Made by a program: the position numbers and the translations under genes. This document shows positions 1-9,272 of a DNA stretch of 64,000 nucleotides, in pieces. Origin of the DNA: Andalucia godoyi And28. Lineage: Eukaryota; Protista; Jakobida. How positions within the stretch are numbered: position 1 is the first letter of the stretch; each line of letters starts with the position of its first letter. The stretch lies in assembly GCA_009859145.1 (NCBI GenBank), contig VRVR01000022.1, forward strand, positions 1 through 64,000. Reading direction: 5' to 3'. The notes under the pieces were generated by a model. The model made no database searches. It saw only the letters and a program-made list of their open reading frames with translations, and had not been told where the DNA came from.

Positions 1-1173
1 GCAGAACACGCGAGGGTTCCCAGCGCGAAAACCAGGAAAAAGGTCTCCAACGCGGTGTTGCGAGCAACAAGGGTTTTCCGAGATGAGTGCTTCACGGACG
101 GCCACAAGCCGAAAATCGCTGGAGCACTGCAGTTCAAGGCGGAACGGGAGATTTGTGCGATATACTGTTCCTTTCGCAACTCAAAGTAGAATATCGTTTC
201 CGACCAGAGAAACGAGCACAATGAGACCACCGCATCACTATGCATGCGGCCGACAACACACAACGGTGTAGACCGTAGCACAATTCCAGTGTGACGCATT
301 CAGCATAACATAAAAGGAAAGAAAGCGACTGCAGTCTGCTTGAAAATATCAGTTTCAAACAAGGCAATCACCGTTTCCCTCGCACGGCCTCTGCACCCCC
401 TACGTGTGTGTGCAGTGGACAAGCTGTACGAAGCCTCTTTCTCATCGCATCACTGTGCAGTCGCGCGATGTGACGGGTTGAGACGCAGTTGGAACTCCAG
501 TCTCCACATGAATGCTGTTGGATGTATGCCGTGTTCGATCTGCACATTGCACACGTGCCTTCTAGCAATGCACAATCCAGTGATCAGCACGGACAGTGTT
601 CATCTGCTAATAAAGATGGCTCCCAGAAACTAACAATACAAAACTGTCAGTTTTGTGTATAAACAGGGCGATATAGCACCCCGAGTACGTGTTCGGTGAC
701 ATGGCGGTGCCAGAAACTGCAACGACAGAGCGGAATAGCGAATCTGGATGTTCGGTGACAAAACGACTGTAGTCGGGAATTAGGTAATTAATATTTTACG
801 TATAACTCCTGAACGACGTCGTCCCCAGGCGATATTCGTGTGCCAGATTGCTCGCCGTCCCCGACTCTACCAGTCCCCAGCATTACCTCAGAAAAGGTGG
901 TCTGGCGAGTTTTCCGTATTTGTCATCCAAAACTTATCTATTACAGACTGAAGGTCATGAATCTGACGACAAAACATTGTGACAGAATTGAGGAACGTTC
1001 CGGGTCTTTTTGAAATCGCATATAACAGAAAGAAAAAAAAGCATTTGTTCATTATAATCCTAAAGGTGCCGACAATCTTACAAACTGGATTTTCTCTCGC
1101 TGTACCAAAAATTGAGCCTAGAATAGTCAAAGCTGAAAGAAGATCGAGTTCGCTACAGATTCGTTGCTCGAAA

Positions 1174-1650
1174 TCAACCCTTACACGGAGTGGCGGCAAC
1201 AAAGTGAGCACAAATGGGTTCCATGAAAGACACAGCTTCGGCAGAATCCTGAGTGACCACGATTTGACCAAACTGCGGGACGTTGAGCGTACTGGATCCG
1301 ATGGGCTCGCCGAGGAAGTTGCATTCCCAGTCTTTGAGGTTGCACTGGTCTGTATTGAAGAGAGACACTTCAAACTCCAAGTATCCAGTCATCTTGCTGT
1401 TCGCAGTCACCTGCAATTGGCTGTACACTGGTCCCACAGGCTTTGCAGGTCCACACACAATGATTATTTCATCTCGGTTACCGTAGCACGTCCAAAGCTG
1501 CTGGCAGCTCTTGGGCATTACGCCTTTTACCTGTAGTCCCATCTCCTGGTTTCCGCAGTTGCTTGCAGAAAAGTAATCAAGCGACAGCACTTGCGCATTG
1601 GCGCTGCCTAGAACGCTGACAATTGTAATAAAAATAATAAAGGACTGCAT
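1174..1650 (-). CDS. Small secreted Cys-containing protein (158 aa), unknown family
   Basis: The ATG at 1650 opens MQSFIIFITIVSVLGSANAQ, a signal-peptide-like sequence. The mature region has several Cys residues and beta-strand-like segments. The longer track ORF from 2043 has a non-coding-looking 5' extension. Confidence 0.6.
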   Translation of the reverse strand: MQSFIIFITIVSVLGSANAQVLSLDYFSASNCGNQEMGLQVKGVMPKSCQQLWTCYGNRDEIIIVCGPAKPVGPVYSQLQVTANSKMTGYLEFEVSLFNTDQCNLKDWECNFLGEPIGSSTLNVPQFGQIVVTQDSAEAVSFMEPICAHFVAATPCKG

Positions 1651-2578
1651 AGTTTGAAAAAACACGTGTACAAAATCCAAAGAAAAAATAGAAAAAAAGG
1701 AAGCAGGGAAAATGTAGAAAAGTCGTCTTTCAAGAATCGCAATAACATGGGGGAGGAAGTGGGTTGTGATGAGGAAGGGACCGCTGATTCCTCTGAGAAT
1801 TCCCAACTGTCCAAAGTCCTTTCCTATTTTCCGCTGGTTTGACCCGCTTGACACTACGCACGTAAATTTCAAAAGCTGCCCGATGACGCCAACGCTTGTT
1901 TTTGATTCTGAAAATTCTTCTCTGTTAGCATTAATTTGCAAACACGATAAACAATCAACATGCAACCTTCTGCCGGCACGCCAGGACCACCTTCTCTGTA
2001 TGTATTTAATCCAGTTACAAGGATTTACATACCATTGCCACAATATTTATCCCAAAACAATCCTTAGTTGCTGCCGGAGCACCATCTACAACTTCTCCAC
2101 CGTCTCCATCCGTAATCACTGGTCCACTCACACCGCTGCACCATCAGCACCGACGGTAAACGCCGTGAACGACAAGGCTCCGGTATTGAAGCGGTCGAAT
2201 GTGACAAAAGCTCGTCAGTTACAAAAACCGGCATCCCAAACTCACGTTCTCGTGAACAATACGGAAGGAATCGAAAACATCCGACAATCCACTCAATCTG
2301 ATATTCCAGAAATTCAAAAATTGAACATGCAAGATTTTCGTTCCAAGAACCAAAGGAAGAATCTTCACCGGGAGGCTGACAATGAGAGGAAAAAGGAGGA
2401 AAGCGGAACGAAACCCTCATTGCTCGCCCGTCCATTGCTCGCGCACGAGTCCGAGAACTGGCAATGATTGCTGCGACTGACATGTCGGGAAAACAAGAGA
2501 ATTCTGGAGAATTGTCGAACCAAAATATGAATAACATCAAAGATCGTATTATCCAGGCGCACAAAGAAGTGATATGGA

Positions 2579-3900
2579 TTGGAATCCATTTGCCCCGCAG
2601 GAAGCTTTTCAAATTCGGCAACCCTGTCAACGAGTTGCTCGATGTGCCCTGCTGGAACTGCTTCCACAACCCCTGTTTCCGCATCATGTGTGGACTGTGG
2701 AGCAAGGTACTACAGCGTGGGAAACACGTCTCAATGTTCTGCATCTGCTTCGGGATCGACGAGTGTGAAACGATCGCTGCGCTGCAACATTTACAACGGT
2801 ACGTCTGCCGTTACGGCTCCGGTGACATCAAGTCTCGAAGCGACCAAGTGAAAGTGCTTCACACACTCAATGTCTTCTGTGTCCAACGGCAGTGCACTGA
2901 TGACATTTGTCTTGTGGGATCCTCAGGCTGCCATCGAGGCGTTTGCGTCGTGTCTCGTATCAGGATGGAGCACTCCTCCATACCCCTCGGTCCTTGGTGA
3001 GTCGTTGAATTTATCAGCATCCAATGTTTCGATGTTGGCTTCTCCCAACTCTTGGTTGTCAGTTTCCACGTGCTTCTTCTGTCTGAAAGCACCATCGGCG
3101 GTGAATATAGTGCAAATGGCGGTGTTTGAATCGATGATTGTCGGCGAGGACAATGCCGTCACCATATCCAATCTCGAACCGGGTATTCCCAAGTTTTTTT
3201 CCACAAATACAGATTCTCCATTGGACACTCGCCTCAAATCAGTGGCTGTTTCAATCATCGCCTCTGGAGGCGCTGTTTAAGTGTACTATTCGTCTACGAT
3301 TCCGACTCCGGCGTCCGCAGACTATGAGGTCCTTGATCTAATTATCGCCTCAGGCTCGGCATCTGTCACAAAGGACCGCCAGCTTGTCGTTCCGTACGAC
3401 GGAGTTGTGTATCTCGGCATCTTCAGCGTTGTCTCTTCCACCTCTGCAAGCTTTATGACGCTTTCCGGAGGCAGTCCGACAGTCACAGTATCATGGCTCA
3501 TTGCTTCTGTGGACACGAAATCTGGGTCTGATGGGTCCGAATGGAGATCTGAAGAAACTGCTGCACTTGTTGTCTGTCTTCTCCTTTTGGTGGCAACTGT
3601 GTGTCTGGGAGCCTGGTGTTACTTGCGACGCAACAATTCCAAAAGGCAGAGAAAGATTCTCAGCTGCCATGCAACGGCGCCCGTCGTCATCATTGAGGGA
3701 AAGTCGGAGATGTCGCTGATGCCACCGATTAAATCCACTGTTGTAGATGAACAAGCAATTGGATGTTCTGTTACGACCCAAGTCGATTTTCATGCCAACT
3801 CGTGTTCGCCTGATCCTGCCTATGCGAACTCGAGTTCGCCTGATTTCTGCCTATGTGAACTCGTGCTTTGATTATGTTGGAAGCTTTGCGCGTGTTCTCC
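2579..3900 (+). pseudogene. Disrupted Cys-rich (GCC2/GCC3, ephrin-receptor-like repeat) single-pass surface protein
   Basis: Three consecutive same-frame ORFs (2579-2851, 2870-3280, 3281-3871) are separated by TGA 2849 and TAA 3278. They contain CPAGSFS...CSMCPAGTAS...CVDCGARYYS repeats and a TM helix (AALVVCLLLLVATVCLGAWCYL) followed by RRNNSKR. A 1-nt insertion interrupts the tail repeat. Confidence 0.55.
3797..3865 (+). repeat. Tandem 30/31-nt repeat, about 2.3 copies
   Basis: AACTCGTGTTCGCCTGATCCTGCCTATGCG (3797-3826), AACTCGAGTTCGCCTGATTTCTGCCTATGTG (3827-3857), then a partial AACTCGTG. Confidence 0.85.
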
Positions 3901-4070
3901 CTCCTTTTTATCGTTGTAGGTTCTCAATAACAAGTAGTCTGCTCCTCACGCTGTCGCAGAATTCCCAGCATGTCGGAATGTCGAAGGAAGGGCGAGATGC
4001 AGCGTGTGCGCAGTCGTTGAGCAATGAGGATATGTGCAGCACTCATCATTCTCATGGTGGCCACCTTCGG

Positions 4071-5450
4071 TCACCCATTCGCGCACGAGTCGCCTTCGTG
4101 GCACAGCGCGGTGCACCGACGGTTGTTCTTGATGCATGGACAGTGTGGGTTGGAGCATTTCTTTTTCGCTCTCCTACAGTTACAGAAGCGCGGTCCGTCG
4201 TTTGACAATATTGGCTCGACACCCGTTGAATGCTTCATCCCAGGTTCGGAGACGGATATCGTTTCCACTGTCTCTTGGCTTTGGTATTTTTGGAACATGG
4301 CTCGGAGTTGCGCATCTTGGGTTGTTCCCTTGGGAGCAAGTGCCACGAGAGCAGAAGACTTCATCGCGGGCTCAACTAGCTTTCCTTCAAAGAGGACCTT
4401 GTACGGATCCATCGGATTTCCCTGTTCTTCGGTTGCGCATCCGCTCTGCGACAACTCCAGGCTGTCTCACGGGAGCCAGTTTGCTTGCCCCTGGAACATC
4501 GAAATACACTGGCGCTCCCTCTTCGAATGTGACGAGCTTCGCCTTTGCTTTTCTGTCCCTGCTTTCCCATGTGGTCATCAGCCGCTCTTGTGCCTTGGTT
4601 CGAATGCTGTTGTGGGCACTATGGGCCTGATTACGTTCTTCCTGGTCGCCATTGCTATTCCAATCAGAGACGACGGTGGGCGCAGGCGGTGCACATTGCG
4701 ATTGCTCCGGGGATCCCAAGTCCCGAGGAGATGTGTCGATGGTCAGGTCGATGGGCGATTCCGAAAGCACCGGCAATTGAAGGCTCAAGTCGACTGTTGC
4801 ATCAGGAGCAGGATGCTGTGGCGATTGTTGAGAGTTGCAGCAAACACGTCGTAGATATCCAAATTCTGTTTACGCAATCTCTGAAAGGACATCAGGACAG
4901 GAGCAGAAGCAAACGAAAACGGCAAGTGCAAAACACCACAGCAGCAAACGGGTCCGCAGGACGATTGCCTGGATGTGGAGATGACCGTTTCATTGCACAG
5001 CAGCTCCATACAGGTCTCAAGCGAACAGATACTCGTTGCTGTGTACAAGGAGGATCGGCAAACAGCTCATCATTTTCACAAAATCAAGAATTACTGAAGA
5101 CACTGTATTATGCCAGTCTGCGCGCCAACACCGCACTTGAGTCGCTCTCGGATCGTTATAATTCTGTGCGCAGAAACCGCCAAACGATGTTTTCTTGTGC
5201 GTTTCTGCATTCATCTTCCATTTCTCGCAGACCTGTGCATACTGCGGCACCACCACACACGCATTTTTAATGACGGACCGATAGCTACGGTGCTTTTGGC
5301 TGCACAGTTTCTCGATATGGGTAGAGCGGGAGCGGAATTAGTGCTGCTGGACATCAACGAGCTCGTTTGGTGCGATCGGTGAGCTGTACTTTTCAATGTA
5401 AAATGTGCTGTCATCCTCAGTTTTTTTGTCTCATTGTTGCACTTTGGACC
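4071..5450 (-). mobile_element. Degenerate Ginger/Gypsy-type (KRBA2/SCAND3-like) integrase relic
   Basis: Minus-strand fragments lie in integrase order. First is an HHCC-like stretch (QQH*FRSRSTHIEKLCSQK...YAQVCEKW), then LNNRHS, then AQERLM...KLVTFEEGAPVYFDVP...RQPGVV and YKVLFEGKL. The terminal Cys cluster is CNCRRAKKKCSNPHCPCIKNNRRCTALCHEGDSCAN. There are multiple stops and frameshifts, and the DDE core was not recognisable. Confidence 0.45.
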
Positions 5451-6364
5451 GGTGAGCGCGCGACAGGCGTCGTGACGGGGCTGTCTGTCGTCCGCTGGGA
5501 GTGGCGCAAGCACGGTTCTTCAAGAACAAGGCGTGAAACGGCGATATCACAGAAGAACACAGGAGGGTAGAGCTCCGTTGAGCAGCTCCTCGTAGATGCA
5601 GATGTCAGTGTTAGTGTACAGCATGTGTGTAGCATAAACTGACCGTTGTGAACGTTAATCCGCGCTTGTTTCTGTGCTCTGAGCACAACGGCTGCGCAAA
5701 AACGGAAGACTTGGATGCACAGTTGCTAATGCAGAATCGGCTGAATGCCTGCCAAGCGTGTATCCAATGCACAATCTTGCTTCTGAGAGCAGTCCGTCGA
5801 TGCTGGCGCATGCCGATGCACTAAATACATGAACAGAACAGAGAAAAACTGACATGAATGATGCTTTTATGACCTAATTAATCAAAAAACACAACTCTGC
5901 AGGGAGGCAGCCAAAAGCGACGATTTTTAATACACAAGGAGATCTTGTTATGGGCGTTGCATATATTCGAAATCGCATCTTGGTAACGAGTAGGAACAGA
6001 GATATAACAGAAATGCGCAGCCATGCGAAATCGAGTTCGCCTAAAATCGACTTCGGTCGGCTCAATTGATGTTCGACACTGAGACTCTCACTTCACTGGG
6101 AATATCGAAGTGTTTTTAAGTTTCTTGTGGACGTCTTTTTCTGATGTTATGGAAGTCGTGCGCTTCAGCTCACACGGCTCTTGATGAAACTTTATATCTG
6201 GCTTCCTAATTCAGGAGACGCACACGGCGGCAGATAGCGGCGGGAAAGTGGATTGACATTCTGCATCTATATGCCGTCGAGGGCCGAATCACAGCGGCTG
6301 CTTCTTTAATACGGATTTATTATGTGGTCTGCAGTGTCTACGTCGTCTCCTTCTGCAGACAACG

Positions 6365-8845
6365 ATGCAGCACTTCAATATGCAGCACTGTCTGACGCTG
6401 TCTGTGTTGCTTTTAGCAGCTGTTGCGTGCGGGCGGGCAAAATCAGACGCGGAATTCCGTTTGGGACGATTTTTTGCAGCGCCGTCCAAGAATGGAGAGC
6501 TGTCCACCGCTGTTTTCTGCGATCCGTATCGTGACAGAGCTCTCGTTCCTTTCCGTGATGCTAAGAATAATGTGGTGCTCACCAGATCTCTTCCGGGAAA
6601 CCCCTTCTCCATCTTGTCGGCAAATGGTCAATTTCTTCCTGAGGAATCCATTTATGGACGAGTGATTTTATGGGAACAAGATCCGTTTCAACCCTGCATC
6701 GTCTATGTTGCATCTGGTCCCGATGCTCAAAAACAATACTCACTGTCCCAAGTGAACGCCTGTGATAATCTTGTTGTGCACAGCATCAATCTCGCGTATC
6801 AACAGCCAATTCATCTTCATGCAGACGGTCCACTGGGTAAATTGTTTGTTGATCTGCGCCAGCCGGGGTTGTTCAATCTCCATCATGTTCATTTCGTGTC
6901 CCTGTCTTCATTTTCATTGGCGTTGTCTGTCCATTTCTTCCAAACACGAACCGACGCTCCTGAGACTGTGGCCTTTTTAATCTCTGATGGACAGTTTGTC
7001 TACACTTTGCAGTACTATGATTTTGTTTCGGACTCGGATCCTCGGACTGCGTTTGAGATGGCCAGAATTGATCCAGGAAGCATGGCTGCAGTCCGGCGTT
7101 TTGGATTTGGTTCAGTACCTGGCCCAGCAGTGTACATCCACCATCCCGCCGTCGATTCTTCAACTAATCAAGTGTGGTTTTACGTGGCGAGGAAAATCAT
7201 ACAGTTCGACTTCGGATTAATGCAGTTGTTGGGTGAAATCGCTTTGGAAACTGAAATCACTGCTGACTTTCGACCGATTTTGTTAGCATTAACCCTGTCA
7301 AAAGAAACACTTCATCTTGTCGGATCCGGCGTTGTTGTTACTCTAATTCGAACTTGCGTCGATGACGAATACTGGATTCCGTTTGTGGTGGAGAATGTTC
7401 AGACCGTGTTTTTCCAGGGCCAAAAGGCCTCTGTTATCGCAGCTTGTGCTTTTCCAGAGACCGATGACCTGGTGATGACACTTGTTGGCGCTTCAGTCAA
7501 TGCAGTTGTGCAGTACCGTCGACTACCCTCTGAAGTTTCCCCGGTCGTCGACTATCCAGCTGGACTTCGAGGCTTTTCCAAAATCACTTCTCTTGCTCTG
7601 GACCCAGTAAACCAGGTAGGATTCTTCTTGTTAGGAGACGCGCAACGTCTTGTTTCAGTTGATCTTTTGCGCATGGAACTGCTTGCAGATATAGGATTTC
7701 CAGGATCATTCGTGCGAGTTCTTCGAAGTGCGTTCGACACTGTGCAAAATCGACTGTATTTACTAACGCAGGAACAAGGAGCGAACCCCGTCGAATCGGT
7801 GGTTCGATTGCGTGGAGTCGACTCGGACACACTGCAGTTCGAGGATGACTGGGAAGTGTCCGCTGATCCAGGTCTTTCTGCAGATGCGACAATCCTCGTC
7901 AATCTCTTTACAGTTGACTCCGCTGATCAGAAGGCATATATTGGCTACCGTCATACCTATCCTGGTGGAGATCCTCTGGCGTTTCGATCTGCGTATTGCA
8001 TGATCGATTTTGCAAATTCACAGCAATGGTCGCGCGATGAAAATAATGATCAAGGAACTTTGCCGAGACTCCACGCAACAGGACTTGTCATTAATTCTTC
8101 GTTAGTGTATTTTGTCGAATGGTTTCTTTCTGATGCTACGTATCGACCCACGATCGCTTGGCGCAACCCATCAGATACCGATTGGTTTGCAGAGCATATT
8201 ATTCTGTCAGAGATAGACGGTTACATGTCTGTTGCAGCTGGTGGACTTCCCACTTCACCTGAAATACCCCAGTCCGATTTGGCATTTGCTTTTTATGATG
8301 AATTGTCAGGAATAGCGTATCTTCCAATGTTCAATGGTTACCTCCGGATTCTAGTCTCCACAAACGAGGTGCTGGATTCTTATTATGTGGATCCTTCAAC
8401 TGGATTTACAGTTTTCACAGCCCCTCCGTTGGTTCCCATCTATCCTCAGTCGTGGCCAGTTGCATTTCCACTGAATTCTGTATTTGTAGCCCCGCCCAGC
8501 GTGTTTTTGCCTTTGCAGCAGCGAGTATTCCACGTTGTGAAGTCGAATACTTATCGGGCTGTCTCCGATGCAATCTTGGGAACCGAACAGGTCGTCCATG
8601 ATGAATACAGCGAGCTGGCATTTGGAGAATCGCTCTTGATTGATGAAGTCCTTGAAAAGCTGTATGTCGTTGGAGTTCGAAATGGATTTCCCACTGTGTG
8701 GAAGGTCTATCTAGCTGAAGGGGATGACGATGTGCTGGACACTGATGTTAGCACGGTCAATACATCCAGTGAGGCGGCTGGTCATGTCTCCAGCAATGGC
8801 CTGTTCTTAATCTTAAGCATCGCCATTCTGCAGCTGTTCATGTAA
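6365..8845 (+). CDS. Secreted, probably GPI-anchored beta-propeller-like surface protein (826 aa)
   Basis: N-terminal signal peptide (CLTLSVLLLAAVACG). Propeller-blade-like motifs (SLALDPVNQVGFF, SAFDTVQNRLYLL). C-terminal small residues plus a hydrophobic end (SSNGLFLILSIAILQLFM) with no cytoplasmic tail. Confidence 0.75.
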   Translation: MQHFNMQHCLTLSVLLLAAVACGRAKSDAEFRLGRFFAAPSKNGELSTAVFCDPYRDRALVPFRDAKNNVVLTRSLPGNPFSILSANGQFLPEESIYGRVILWEQDPFQPCIVYVASGPDAQKQYSLSQVNACDNLVVHSINLAYQQPIHLHADGPLGKLFVDLRQPGLFNLHHVHFVSLSSFSLALSVHFFQTRTDAPETVAFLISDGQFVYTLQYYDFVSDSDPRTAFEMARIDPGSMAAVRRFGFGSVPGPAVYIHHPAVDSSTNQVWFYVARKIIQFDFGLMQLLGEIALETEITADFRPILLALTLSKETLHLVGSGVVVTLIRTCVDDEYWIPFVVENVQTVFFQGQKASVIAACAFPETDDLVMTLVGASVNAVVQYRRLPSEVSPVVDYPAGLRGFSKITSLALDPVNQVGFFLLGDAQRLVSVDLLRMELLADIGFPGSFVRVLRSAFDTVQNRLYLLTQEQGANPVESVVRLRGVDSDTLQFEDDWEVSADPGLSADATILVNLFTVDSADQKAYIGYRHTYPGGDPLAFRSAYCMIDFANSQQWSRDENNDQGTLPRLHATGLVINSSLVYFVEWFLSDATYRPTIAWRNPSDTDWFAEHIILSEIDGYMSVAAGGLPTSPEIPQSDLAFAFYDELSGIAYLPMFNGYLRILVSTNEVLDSYYVDPSTGFTVFTAPPLVPIYPQSWPVAFPLNSVFVAPPSVFLPLQQRVFHVVKSNTYRAVSDAILGTEQVVHDEYSELAFGESLLIDEVLEKLYVVGVRNGFPTVWKVYLAEGDDDVLDTDVSTVNTSSEAAGHVSSNGLFLILSIAILQLFM

Positions 8846-9272
8846 CTGTACTACGACCCCCTACTGGCAACACTTGTCCCACCAGTACTGTAAACGTTGC
8901 AATGAACACCGGTCAGTCTCAATTCATCACCTTTCGCCCGCGACTGCAAATCGCGCATCATTGGAACGATGATAGAGTGGCTCGCCCGACAAGCGAATTT
9001 TGCAGCAGATTCCCATGGGAAATGCACACACGAACAAAGCTTTTTTCTCCACAGCAGACCATTCACTACAGGGGACACAACGCATCTCCGTGCGCCAACT
9101 CAAGTTCGGGTGGAGAACGGAGTTGAGGCAGAAACATCGAACAAGCAGGCACGTTTTGCGCATCGATCTTTGCTGGCTGTTTTCCCTCTGGATCGCTGGT
9201 TTTTTTCTCTTCGCTGGTGTCGCACCTTTTTCTCTCCAACGATTTTCGAATCTCCCCCTCCTTCTCCCGACC

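Noticed and set aside
1-252. Open frames running off the left edge (plus 1-189; minus MHSDAVV...)
   Set aside because: Too short, with no motif to choose a strand or frame.
2465-3280. Alternative genetic code or TGA reassignment suggested by repeated in-frame TGA
   Set aside because: Conserved genes in the window (ARPC4, M20 peptidase, At4g15545-like) end at TGA at the expected positions and have no internal stops.
3915-5960. Terminal inverted repeats for the integrase relic
   Set aside because: Only an 8-nt inverted match (ATAACAAG/CTTGTTAT) was found, which is not convincing.
6055-6120. tRNA-like A-box/B-box words (GGCTCAATTG, GTTCGACAC)
   Set aside because: The boxes are adjacent with no anticodon arm or acceptor stem, so no cloverleaf forms.
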